Assembly (NCBI GenBank): GCA_965645245.1
Contig: OZ287076.1
Span: 1,178,001-1,242,000 of the forward strand
Reading direction: 5' to 3'
Length of the DNA: 64,000 bases
DNA from: Massalongia carnosa
Lineage: Eukaryota
Position numbers and translations under genes: made by a program. Shown here in pieces: positions 35,161-47,658 of this stretch. Below the pieces are notes generated by a model that was given only the letters and a program-made list of their open reading frames with translations, made no database searches and was not told the DNA's origin. The first letter of the stretch is position 1. Every line of letters begins with the position of its first letter.

Positions 35161-37721
35161 AGGAGGCTTTTAAAATGCTAGAAAGACATCAAGGTCGGAT
35201 TGTGGCGTCGTTGAGCCCTTGTGTCTCGTGTCTAAAGTATTGCCAATAACAGAAGAAGTTTGGACTAATATATAGATGGCCTAGGGATACCTCTTATTCT
35301 GAAGGTTGTATTTATCCAGATTGCGAAAATAAACATCCCACGTCGGGTTAAAAACGAGAAAATTAAGATAGAATCCTCCCTTACTACACCCTGCCTCAAC
35401 TATCTTCTCTGAGTTTTCCTTGTCATGTTTCCATCCATCACTGCTGCAGCAAACCTTGTGCTCGACTAGAAAGGGAGCAGTTGAGTGAATCGAGAGAAAT
35501 GTCTCTTCACAGAAATCATGGCCAAAGATTTAGCGCCGCCTACATTAAGGAAATTCTCCTTCCGGTGAGAGATAGCGAAAGTATTCATTTAACCGATCTG
35601 ACTAAATGAAGGCGAAAGACATGCATAATATGCACTAAAACCCCACGCGGTAATAAGCAGCTGGGTTTGGATGGTTTTTGACGAATATTCTCCGAGAACT
35701 GGACGGAGCTGTAATGCTAAAGAAATTGGAGACGGGCCACATCCCCGAATTCTTCCCACGTTGGGAATTTCTTCGATAAAGATACACCACCATATCCACC
35801 ACAGCGGGTGTGCTAAACCCCTATTTCTTACGAGTTGGGAAGCGATTTAAGCAAGGCCGCAATAAACCCTGACGAGATAATGTCAGACGTTGCAAGTATG
35901 CCGAACGAGATGTTGCCTCTCAGCGAGGGGTTTCTGGTTCTAGCGGAAGCCATCCAAGCTATAATTCTGTGGCATCCAATGCCACTGCAGCCAACACCGT
36001 CGTAGCTGGCCCATGAAAGGTCGATTACGTTATCTTTGATTTCTAATCGGCTCAAGATGGCTCGAGCATTCACCGTCAGCACAAAGTTCATTTCCGAACC
36101 TGTGTTATACAGGTGCGTTTCATCACTCAGCTCTCAATGAACGCACCAGCTAAGTGTTGAGGGACATGGGTTGAGTTGAATTTCTTTCGAGAGGTTGCAT
36201 AAAACTGCGCAAAAGGGTTAAAATAGTTTCGAACGAATCGAAACATATGGACAGCATGGTGGAGCTGCCCTGAACAACCTTAGGCTTCGAGATAGCTCGT
36301 CTGTTAGCTAGTTATCCCGTAACAGTAGAAATCGAATATGCAAAAGCTCTTAGCTAGTGCTTGGAAACGTCTTGAATAGGTCTTGATAGATGAATTCCCT
36401 GTGACATAATGATTAACGTTAGTTTGAAGCAATGAAAAGGCATTTCGATTTTTTTTCTTTTCCTTATAAGCGTCATCCAATACTGAAATTTCTCTTTCTG
36501 TAAGCCGGCACTGGCTAGATACTCGCAAATTCTCATCAAGAAAACCGATAAAAGACACATAACTACACTAATCAGAAAAGACAGATGCTGTATTCTAACA
36601 TCGGTTTTGTCAGGGTCTTAAGATTCCCAGGCTCCTTCAAATGGCCTCACCAAATATCCTGACCAAGCGTTTCTTTCGACCATTACCACCGCCATATTTA
36701 TACCTTTGCACGCTTTAGATATCTTAAGCGCTCCTTACGAAGATCTGGGGGTGGAGAAAAAAATTGTTTGACTGAAGCTGCTTGTTGGATGTAACGGATC
36801 TGACAAACGGACTAGACAAACGGACTAAGTGATGATTGTTGAGAAAGCGTGGTACTTTTCAGGTGTGCCAGTATCAAAAATTGGTAGTGCAGGTATCCAA
36901 TCATAGGCGTGCGAATATCTATAGGTAGATTAACTACGCTAAGTCGGAATGAGGTTTCGAGTTTCTCAACGGAACAACTTGGATAGGTAACAGTGTGTCA
37001 ACAACACGATAACACTCCCTTGCTCCCTCTCGTGACTCGTCACACTGCCAAGCTTGAATACCTCGAGTCATTCCCGAGTTAGAGCACCTTGACCAAGCTT
37101 ATCTCCTTTCGGTACTCTCGTGCTGACCTAATGACCCAGAATAGGTTTCTCACTCCAGCCACTACTCCGACACCTTGTCCGAAAAGGGAAGAAATATGAG
37201 CCCCCCTCCCGCCCCAGGAAAAGCGCCACATCCGAACTGCGAAGAATAAACGAAGTCAGCGCTTGCCGGTTGGTGCTAATCTAATTGAAAACCACCCCGA
37301 CTCAGCCTCAGCCTCGAATTCACCCAGAAATACTTTTCTCTTGTGAAGAGCTCGCTTTAGTGAATTCTCCGCCATGATGTTTATGCGATGGATTTAGCTT
37401 CACTACCGACGTTAGAGGGTTGATTATAATCATGGGTTTTATTCTATTCACAGGCCTGATGGGGTTTGGGGCGTATGATTCTTCTGCGCGTGGGAGATAG
37501 GGTATATAATGTGGTAGCTCTCTGCCTTCTGGAGGTGGCTCTTCATCCCAAGTTATCGAGCACTCTCCTAGCTATCCCAAAAGACCACTGTTGGTTCCAA
37601 CTTTGGCAGTTACCCTTTAAGACGGTTCTGTGTTCATTTCCATATCCCATTCCCTCAACATCTTGACGACTCCAAACTCCAAGTTTCCATTCTCTGAACT
37701 CTCTCCTTCATATCCATCATC

Positions 37722-38468
37722 ATGCACGTCTCACCTCTTCGCTTCGTCCTCCTCGCCTCTCTCGCCCTCGCTGCCCCCACCTACTTCGACCCCGTACCCG
37801 GAGAAACCCGTAGTCCGACTAACAGCATTGCCAACAACGCCGATATCATCCACTCCCTCCTTTCCGCCCCAAAAGCCGTCGACCGCATCAATTTGATCCC
37901 CAGCGATACGGACTTCGTCTTCGACTTCCTCAATCCACCCGCCCAAGCGTCCGCAACGGAAGGCAAAGGGGGCCACGCGGTCGGCGCAGACCGCGTCTCC
38001 TTCCCCGCCTTGATTGGCAGCAACACAGCAATGACGGTTGGCTTCCTCGGCCCCTGTGGTTTTAATACCCCGCATACGCACCCCCGCAGTGCCGAGATCA
38101 ATATCCTCATTCAAGGCAAATTGGTTACACAGTTCGTACAGGAGAACAAAGCTCGCACCGTGAAGACGACGCTGCTGCCGCTGCAAGCCACCACATTCCC
38201 GCTAGGCTCTCTACACACTGAGTTCAACCCAGAATGTGAAAATGCGACGTTTGTGGCCTCGTTCGCCAATGAAGACCCAGGTACGCTACAGGAGGCGCAG
38301 GCGTTCTTCGGCTTAGAACTCGAGGTTGTGAAAGCGGCTGTGGGGAACGGGTTTGCCTTCGAAGGGAAGGATATAAACCGCTTTCGCGATCTGATTCCAA
38401 AGAATGTCGCGCTAGGTGTGGAGAGCTGTCTGAAAAAGTGCAGGATTCAGCTGGAGGTCTCGGCTTGA
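37722..38468 (+). CDS. Spherulin-1/germin-like secreted cupin
   Basis: Signal peptide; DFVFDF, FPALIG, GPCGFNTPHTHPRSAE germin box, FPLGSLHTEFNPEC and EDPG. Intronless, 248 aa. Confidence 0.93.
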   Translation: MHVSPLRFVLLASLALAAPTYFDPVPGETRSPTNSIANNADIIHSLLSAPKAVDRINLIPSDTDFVFDFLNPPAQASATEGKGGHAVGADRVSFPALIGSNTAMTVGFLGPCGFNTPHTHPRSAEINILIQGKLVTQFVQENKARTVKTTLLPLQATTFPLGSLHTEFNPECENATFVASFANEDPGTLQEAQAFFGLELEVVKAAVGNGFAFEGKDINRFRDLIPKNVALGVESCLKKCRIQLEVSA

Positions 38469-39082
38469 GCGAAACTACGTGGATGTTTTCTAGTCACGCA
38501 CGATGACTGACTTGGTTGTCGGAGTAAGTTGTTGTTTACTGAGAATTTTGTAGCGATTTAAGAGGTGTTAGTCTTTTTTTGGGAAGTTGCTGTTGCATTA
38601 GTTGAGATCTGATGCCCAATGAGTATTCATATTTATAATTTATTATCTGAAAGCTTACTCCACGTATTCTTAAAGACAGGCTCTTCTTACTGACCAGGTA
38701 AGTAACGAGGAACAGGTCGCTCAGTCCAAGGCTTTTTTCCCATTTAGATATTTTTCAAGTTTTTATAGGGAATGAATACTTCGCTTTGTACGTTCTTACT
38801 TTTATCCTTGCTGCTCGAGTCCCATTCTTCTCAACGGGCGCGCAGCTCAGTTCAGCAGGCTGATGTATAAGATTTCCGGTCTCTGTCTAGCTTGCCATAT
38901 CGTAGGTATCAAAAGTTTGGTGTGGATAGGTACGGGGCCAACGTGGTATTTTCTTTACAGGATCTTAAGTACGTAGGCCTAAGTGCAAGGGGAAAGGCTC
39001 AACGAACTTGGCAAGAAATCTCCTTTATTAGGCTGCGAAGGTGACAGACCGTACTGAAAGTATGAGTATCCACTTCTCCTGG

Positions 39083-40886
39083 CTAACTTAGGTTAAACGT
39101 CATTGTGGCGCTGTCGAAGCTATCCCTCGTTCCAGAACGCAGGGCTTCCCCATTCATAATCCCATGAACGTAGCAAACCCCAATGAGCTGATGGAACCCG
39201 TTCCCCCTTTGTCTCAGCACAAAAGGCATATCCGCTCCCAGAATGATCACAATCACATCACTCGCTCTCAAATTGCCAGGACCTATCCCGATCAACCCTT
39301 TGTTAGTAATAAAGAAACGCTGCCCCTCCAGCGTCTGCAGCAAACTCAGGCGGAAGGGCTGCACGAATTGCTCTTTCCGAGCCGGGCTGCGTAGATTAGG
39401 CAGGAAGTCCTCAGGGACAGGCGAACGGTGCCGGACAACGGAGAACATTCGCGCATAGGCCCGAGGGGCGGGGGTCCTCGAGCCAGAATGGGAGCCAAAA
39501 ATCATAGATTGGTCGGCCACAAGGGTGCGCCAGAAGGATTCCGAATGTTCCGGGTCAAGGGTATCCGGGACAATTTCTTCTACGATGGCTTTGCGCAGGG
39601 TGAATTCCATACTTTCAACGATGGAGATAATGTTGGTCCCCTGATTTGGGCCGCTTGGTACGGAATTGTCTATGATTTTGATGTTATCAACAATAATGCC
39701 AGATACATGCAAGGTGTTCCCGTCGTTGCTGAAGCTTATCAAAGGTTTACGATCACCCGATGTGTGATAGGTGTTTGCAGTCCATAGAGGCCAGCGCTGA
39801 GATGACCAGGACCAATCAGGAACCCATGAAGGAAGGTCGTATTCTTGTGAGTTGATATTGAAGCATATCATATTGATATCAAATGGAATAATATATCCTG
39901 CAAGTCTAGTGTACACATCCCTCACGGGGTCTGTGTAGTCAACCCTCAACGCTGCCTGGCTCGTGTCTGTCGTCAATCCAAGCAAAGCATACACCTTATC
40001 TCGCGGATCTGTGGCGTTGAAAGTCATTGAGATTTTGAGTAAATGCTCGATTGTCATTGGTGAAGATCCGTTCATTATGTGATTACGAATCAAGTGAATA
40101 GCCGATACGGAGGAGCGCGCTATTCCCAGGATCAGGAGCGAAGCTTCTTCAGCATGCGAAGCCTGGCTGACCACGAGAGCATGAACTTTCTCGAATGCAG
40201 CCCATGATAACCACAAGTTCCCACACCCAACCCAAGGGTCTGTCATCGCGACGGCAGTCTCTTGCAAGATCCACGCTCGACTCCACCAATACCGTTCGAA
40301 GAGCCTGGATAAGGCATCCCAAGCTTTCAAAGTTTCACTTGAGTCATCAACCTCGTAGGTTTCAGGATCAGCAACGCCCAACTTGGCAACGAGATTCATC
40401 GCGAGATCACTTCCATCTTGTTCCCGTCCTAGCCAGATGACCGTTCGAGAAGCCGACTGGTATATGGCTTTCATCTGGCGTACTTGTTGGCTTTTCTCCT
40501 CGTCATCGATTTGGTTTATGCTTAGAGCGTCAACCCAGAAAACCCTGATCTCACCCTCGGCGCGGGATTCCACGTAACGCCATCTCAAGATACGGACCGA
40601 TGGGGAAGAATTGACCCTGCAAGTAAATCTTGCCAATAGCATCATGCCGAGGACCCCACGCGTAAGAAAGCGCTTCATACTTGGGGTGATCATCAAGAGA
40701 TACCGTTCGGATGATGCATTCTATGTCTTCTGCTTCTTTGCCAGGTAATATTGAAAGTAGGCGGGTTTCGTGACGTTCATGGTTTAGAGGCTTATACTGA
40801 TAGATCTCGGACGGTGTGATAGCATTAATTTGACGTCGAAGGATTTCAAACTCTTGAGGTCCCTTCAGGAACTCTGTTTGAGGCAT
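39083..40886 (-). pseudogene. HET-domain (HET-6-like) heterokaryon incompatibility protein with a single +1 frameshift
   Basis: YQYKPL..TRLLSILPG..YEALSYAWG in one frame and FWVDALSINQ..EKSQQVRQMKAIY, WWSRAWILQE, ATDPRDKVYALLGL, LPSWVPDW and LIGVCYVHGIMNGE in another. Removing one base at 40564-40566 gives LEMALRGIRAEGEIRVFWVDA. Confidence 0.85.
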
Positions 40887-41030
40887 GGCGCAAACGCAAA
40901 GAAGATATTGAAGCTCTTGGGTTCCCGATAATAAGAGCAGTCCTAAAAGAACGCAAAGGGAGGCTAGCACTTAGACCTCAGAATGAAGAATAAGAAAATA
41001 GGACACAAGAGCTCAATCGATGGATCATTG

Positions 41031-41104
41031 AGAAAGACGTCAGAAAGACGTCAGAAAGACGTCAGAAAGACGTCAGAAAGACGTCAGAAAGACGTCAGAA
41101 AGAC
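41031..41104. repeat. (AGAAAGACGTC)6.7 perfect tandem repeat upstream of the HET gene
   Basis: Six perfect 11-bp units plus AGAAAGAC, 145-218 bp upstream of the HET ATG. Confidence 0.95.
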
Positions 41105-41399
41105 TGGACTTAAAAGAGGCTGATTCTTTCTCCTAGAAGCTATCGCTCCATAAGTGGCGGTTGACAAAGTGGACACGGGACGGGAAGTTATTGATCAACT
41201 AGCTGCTCTCAATAACTTATGCATTGGTACAAAAGTATTTTCATAGTCCCTAGCTAGAGAAGCATCTTTAAAAGTGAGAGAGCGGTCAGATACTCAGCTT
41301 TTGTCCTATTGATTGGAGGGGGTAGTGTATTTATTTCTACGCGGAAAAGGACATTCGTCTCTTGGCGGGGAAACCTGCATCAATGAAGCGCAGTTTCCA

Positions 41400-42657
41400 T
41401 CAGGTACCCTTTAATCTTCCCCATTCTGATTTTGTCTCTACCCCGTCTTCCTTAAAAACCTTACCCCGATCCCATTCCCTACCTTCTCCTCTTCCTTTCC
41501 ACCGAACATCCTCCTCCCTCTTCTCCCCGCCTTTCTCCCACTTTCCCACCTCTTCCTCCGTAAAGCCTGCCGATCTGAGCCGGTCAGCCCCTTGCTGCTT
41601 CCAGCGCTGCCGGTCGCGTAACGCCTCAAGTGCTTGATCCCAGTCATTTTCACTGGCGGAATTGGGGTGTATATCGTCCGCTGGGTTATAACTTAAGGAA
41701 AAATGAGAATCAATAGCTGAAGCAGACGCAAAAGTGCCTCGGCCACGGGCTTGGACTTTGGGAACAGAAGGAGGCGGGCATGGACCGATGATCGATTCTA
41801 AGGGGTCAGAGTCTGACTCCCGTGAGGCGAGTACTTTTGAATGATGTTCGTCCCGTCGTTCAACGGATTGTGGGGGGTGTTTCTTGTCAACAAATCTTGA
41901 CCTGGCCGTAGAGTCGTCAGCGGCTATATCTGTAGAAGAATTTGACGAAATAGTTCTTGCTCGTCTACGCTTTCGCTTATGACGCCTGTCTCTATCAAAC
42001 CTGGGCGAACGTGATCGGTCCTTGTGCCTAGAGCGTCTATCTCGGGAAGCTCGTTGACATCGCTCCTCCGATCTACTTCGACTACGCCGTCGGTGGCTAC
42101 GATGATGGTGATGTCTATGCTGTCTATACTTGGCAGATACAATCTGATCCTCGTCATTCGAATAGTCCCGCTGATAGCGCCTTGAGGATTTGTCGGTCCT
42201 TCGATCGTCCTCGCCCTCTGCTTGCGAAAAGGATTCTGTATGAGTCCTTCTCAGCATCAGGTCCTCGTCGCATTTGGGGTCGAGCCGCCTCCGCTTCGAA
42301 GGTCGATTCTCCACATCGCTCCGGCTGTTCAGGGGATTCAAGCGCTCTCCACGATCGCCATGAAGTCGCCGAAGCCGTACTTTGGCGTCATGAACCTCTT
42401 TTGCTCGAAGAGCAGCGTTGTGATTATCCGTTTCTTTCATAATGTTTTTCAAAAATCTCGTGTTCGGTTTTGGTGCATTCGTGGTTGGTCTACAGAAATC
42501 AGCGCCGTCTGCTCTGAGGGCAGCAAATACTATTTGCTTACCTTGTGGGTAAGAATGACTGCAAACTACCCGAAGAATATTTCGTGGTCGATTTTTTCGC
42601 ATCTTCGGCCAGGACTGATGCAACATAGTCATCCGAAAACCTTTCCTCCCCAGACAT
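41400..42657 (-). CDS. Arg/Ser-rich nuclear protein (fungal pre-mRNA-splicing factor 38B-like family)
   Basis: MSGEERFSDDYVASVLAEDAK, intron 42541-42490, RPTTNAPKPNTRFLKNIMKETDNHNAAL, an RS-rich middle, DSDPLESIIGP, DWDQALEALRDRQRWKQQGADRL and GEGREWDRGKV. Confidence 0.75.
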
Positions 42658-42884
42658 CGCAATCAATATTTTCATAGATACTTAATTCGAAAGCTCAAGT
42701 AGTTATTGCACCGCGGAAGAACCACCACTTCTCAAGCCCTGTAAAAGGCCCGAGCTCAGCCCTATGATGCAAAGCACCCCGAAAGGTAAACAAACTCCCC
42801 GCAATGATCCGTACCAAATGAATTTCGTAAAACTATCTTCTTGATCACCAAAGCTCCCATAACTAACCTGCCTGACAAGACAAA

Positions 42885-43854
42885 ATGGTACCAGACTATT
42901 CGGATACGTTGGCAGCGTTATCATCGCTTCAAGAACAACCGCTCTCAATCATCAGTCTTAGTGAGCCCATCGCTTCCAATGCGGCAAACCGCAATTCTAG
43001 CGTCTCCTCCGAAGCCTTTAAGGACCCCTCTCCCGCGTCTCTCGAGGCGGATTTGAGCCATTATAAGGTAACTGGGATAGGTCAAAGTCATATAAATAGA
43101 AAAGAAAGATCTGAAATCTTGGTGCTTTGCTGTAGGAATTGTTCTCCAAACTGCGCTTCTCCTATCTCGAACAAGTCACCAAAGAAAAATTCCTGCGGTT
43201 CATCGTCGGCGACCCTCCCTTAATCGTTGAGCCTTCGGAGAACGTGGAGCTGGAAGCACAGCTCGCGGAAGTGAAAGCTGTGGTGAAAGAGCAAAAAGTG
43301 GCCGTGGCCCGCATGGTGGAGGAGTTGGAAACTAGGGGAAGGGATCTCAGCCGCCGTGTGTAAAACCTTCTACTTTGTGCAATAAGTAGGAATACGTACT
43401 AACAATTCGAAAAATCCCAGGTTACGAAACAATCACTCTCCACACAACCCTCCTCTCAACCCTTCCTTCCCAAATTATCTCCCTTGAATCCACCCTCTCC
43501 ACCCTGCGCGCCCACCCCCTTTCCGCCTCACCCTCCCCCTCAGTCTCTGCAAACCTTGCTCTTCCCTTACCTGCGACCCTCTCCCTCCTCTCGGCGCGTG
43601 AAGCCGAGCTCTCACAACTGGATCAGCAGCTTAAAACCCTACAGCAGGTGCTGCCACGTAAAGCAAGGGAACTGGAGAAGGAGGAGAAGGAGCTAAGGGG
43701 CAAGGAGGCAAGGAGGGAGGCGGTGGCGGTGGGGGCACGGGAGGCGATAAGTAGAAAAGAGGAGGGGGGCGGGGTTGATGAGTTAGAAGGAAGGGGAAGA
43801 TGGCTGAAAGGTGTGGAGGCGGGGTTGAGGGGGATGTTGGAGGTGGAGGGGTGA
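42885..43854 (+). CDS. sos7: Kinetochore protein Sos7/Kre28-like
   Basis: LEADLSHYK|ELFSKLRFSYLEQVTKEKFLRFIVGDPP motif, coiled coil, and two introns (~43068-43135, ~43356-43420). Divergent from the neighbouring gene across ~230 bp. Confidence 0.8.
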
Positions 43855-44623
43855 GGAAAAGGGGAAGAGATGGAAGTTTGAGAACGGGTGCTTTGGAGTG
43901 CTATCAGGATTGGACTAGCGATCGGTTTGTATGAGACTACATTGGGAGGAATGCGTTTGCTTCAATGTTGAATTTAACCCTGCTACAAGCGCATATATAT
44001 ACCTTCTGGGGGCTACTTCCCATTAGCCCTGGTAAATCCCTTACTAAATGCGTAGCTGCAGATCCAGCAACCTGCAGATCATAAGCTGACGAGTCTAGCT
44101 ACAATCTAAGCAGTCAACATGATGATCGGAAGGAATCCTAGCTGGGTGAAATATGATTCAGTACGATACTCCTAAGAGGAAACGCTTCCAAACGTGCAAT
44201 TCTTGTCTGACGATTCGGCATAGTACTGCTCTACCTATCAACCTATCCAGGTTTTCTCCTTAACTGCCTTCACTCAACATACAAGACCAGCCCGCCTCGT
44301 CCTATTGCGCCTTTGGAATAGCGTAACTCGACAGTTAGCTTCGTCCCTCTCAGGCTCTGCACAGCCAAAGCTACCACCCTAATCCTGCACAAATCCTCCC
44401 TTTCCTGCTAACCCGGACCATGTCGATAAGAAAGTCTCTTTCCTTCGGCATCAAACTATGAATCTCACCATGCAACCTGGGTTCCCAGCAATTCTTTACT
44501 GTAGAAACTTTCATTCCATAACCTAACAGATCATTCGTTCCTCTTAGAATCCATCAGCTCTGCAGCACGATCGCTTTAGCTCCCAACATCCGCCATATTA
44601 GCAAGCGAGGCCCAAATTTCTCC

Positions 44624-46658
44624 TTAACCCCTCTCGAAACAGCGAACCGCAACATCCAGTGGTGTCTGTTTTTTGGCTGCCTCCGCGATAACCATATCGA
44701 TCATTTTTCCAAATCCATCTGTGTTCCTCCACATAACAATGATTGGCCTGGTTGGCCTGGTTAGCCCTTCAACAACGACCTTAAATACTACCATATGAAG
44801 TTGCTGCTCTTCTGGTTCGTTCAGTGTTCCCCAGGCTGCTAGCGCTTCGTCGAAAAAGGAGTATGTTGTGTTACAGCTGCTAAATGCTTTTGGGATCGCC
44901 CCCTTAGCTTCATCGGCCAGGTAGAAGTGGAACGTTACGTTATTGGTGATGAGGAAGGTTGGCTTGGCTGTCATTAGTCCTGAAGCCGACCAAAGAGATG
45001 GCGTCACGGGGATCATGTTTTTCGCTGCTGGTAGCTTTTGCTGCGACAGAAGGGGTGCTTTCCTTGGAGAATCCGTCTTCCTGCTCTTCAACATCTTTGC
45101 GGAATGCATGTTCTCGGCATTGAAATATGATCCGACCAGCGCACGCCGCAAGTGCACGACTTGGAGAACGCGAGGGCGTTCGACGACGCTTGAGAGTAAT
45201 TTCCCACTTGGAGCTCTTGCTCAAAGGAGCTGGGGTAGGGGTCCTTGAATTTTGATGGGGCCATCGAGCCCGTTTAACCGAATCCATGGAAGACAATGGT
45301 GGTGTAGGCATCCGAGGTGTCTTCGGCACAGATGCGTCTTCAGGCTCTGGTTTGAGTTTGTCCTGCACATTTCCGGAAGCGCTTAACGAATTGTTCAGTT
45401 TTTCAGATGGTGGGTAGTTCCGCCTGTTGATGAGAGGTACTACGAAGACGATGCATTAGCTTTGGTACCTGCTCCCTGAGTTTCCCTGATACGCGTGGGA
45501 TTATCTTTCCTGCCAGTATGATTGATGGAATTCTAGGGGTTGTAAATATCTTACCATCTGAATCACTACTCTCAACCGGACTCATCCGTTTAGGATTGAA
45601 ACAATGCAGCTCTTTTTTTGAGCTTCACATTGATTGTACCCTTATTATGGGCGACTATGTCTATGGTGAAGCCGAGATTACCACCAAGCCATGCATGCCA
45701 GCTACGTGACGACCAACTGTTTCCCATCCATGGCTTGGCAAGCATACATGAGCCGTTAGACTTCGTTAAGATCCAGCTCATCCAAATGTCATTGATTGGA
45801 TAATGATTTAAGAGGACTCTTTTTAAGGTATCAGAGAGCATAAATCCACGCGCGCGACTTCTGTTCAGGATTGCCTTGCTAATCTTGACTAGCCCTGGTG
45901 GACTTATGCCTGGATGCTTGTTGATCCAATGAACAAGCATCCCCTTTAACTCTTTCTCGGATTTGGCGACGATAGGAGATTTTTTATGTCCAGGAAGAGC
46001 CGGAAGGCACAAAATCTTCCCAGGGCTTCCTAGAACAGATCTAACTTGTCAGCATCTATGTTCGATTCATATTGTAACCTCAAGAATCCAACAGATATCG
46101 CAAAAGGTGCTTGATATACCTGGTGGACGACTCAGATATCTCGCATTTAGCTTGAAACTCCGTTGTCTGGCTGTTTCTTGCAGAAATTATTGGCTGCTTA
46201 GGACCCAGGTAGCATTCTTTTCTCGATACCAGGCGTCACAGGTATCTGGGAGGACGTGGCGACTAACTCGTCCACCGCTAAAGCCAACAAGCACTTCAAA
46301 TTCTCCCGAATCCTGCCCATCGTTACCATCGACTCGAGGTAGGTAGTAACGGTGGCTACAACTTACTTTTGACTATCCTTTGGCCACTTGAAAAAACGTC
46401 GAAAACTTGAAGCCACCTGTCTTGTCCAATTTTCTCCCCCTGCGCCTTTATCGATGAGGTATACATCTATCAGAATTTCAATAGTTTTGGAATGTAAGGC
46501 ACCGTCTGAATACTTCTTTGCTTTGATGTCAAAAGGAGAGGGCCATTTTTGAACGCAAATGTACGAAGCTCTTCAACCAGCAAATCGGAAGATCCCCTGC
46601 TATAAATGGTTTTATCAATAAAACCTAGATTCGAACATAGTTCCCGCACTGAAGGCAT
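44624..46658 (-). CDS. Multi-exon hypothetical protein, possibly frameshifted
   Basis: Chain of same-strand ORFs (MPSVRELCSNLGF; LKGMLVHWINKH; QDKLKPEPED; VTFHFYLADEAKGAIPK..LDVAVRC) with plausible branch and acceptor sites. An apparent frame break lies near 46490. Confidence 0.45.
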
Positions 46659-47658
46659 GATGTTTTCAAAGGAGTCTGTCAATATGACTTAGTTTCACGT
46701 ATGGTATACATCACACCATCGCGCAAATTGATCAAGCTCGAGATTGGAGTATACTAACCTCAAATATAAACACTTGAACTGATACTTGAATCGTCCGAGG
46801 TGTCTGTGACAGTTTCAAAAAGTCGAGAAATAACCAGCAATAAGAGCTTTCAAGATATGAAAAAGGCCGGCAGGAGATAGAAACGTTGAAGATAGAAAGT
46901 GTTGACTTGGATTATGATATTCCTCAATCTTCTGAATTAAGTTCTGGGAGTGATGCTGCAAGTACTGTTGACAAGCTTGTAGCAAAGTTTTTAAGACCAG
47001 TGATTAGTGAGAATGAAAGAAAGAAATTTATTGCAAGCTGGATGTCTCTGCGAAGATAGTGGTCTTAAAAGTATTGTCTGAGAGTGCGTGAAGAAACGTT
47101 ACCTCAACCAAAAGAACCCCATCTTTCATAGCTTCACTTGTAAATTGGGCCATGCTGAGACTTTTAACACAAAGTAATATGCCGTTCGGATAGAATAGAC
47201 AGTTAACCGAATTTCGAGGGTATACGCAGGACTTAGGTAGGAATATAAGGACGAGTCGATCAGTCTGAATACCGGCTGAATACAAGTTTCGTTGGGAGCG
47301 TGCATGTTTTGATCATGGCAATGAATGATAGTATTCATGCCTGGACCTCTATTAATGTAAGATCAATAACTTCTCCTTCCATATTCCGGCCCATGATACG
47401 GAGAAGAGCATCCTAGGAAGCGATAAAATCTACGATCAACCATGTCCCCACGCTTTTGGCCGTACCTCTAGATCAAGAAACTACAAATTTCAAGCACTTC
47501 TATTGGACTTGAACAGCGTAAAATCTCACTTCCTCGCAATCGAAGTGCGCGCTTGGGAGAGCAAAAGGGATATCATAAGAAAGTGATAGATCGAGATACT
47601 AAGGCTTCAAAGTCCGACTTATAGGAGCAGCGGACTATCGTACTCTACTAAACGCTTA

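Noticed and set aside
35200..37400. Short ORFs at 35828-36091 and 36304-36558
   Set aside because: No motifs or consistent splice structure; treated as intergenic.
41031..41104. Direct-repeat array as CRISPR-like
   Set aside because: The units are contiguous with no spacers, and the context is eukaryotic.
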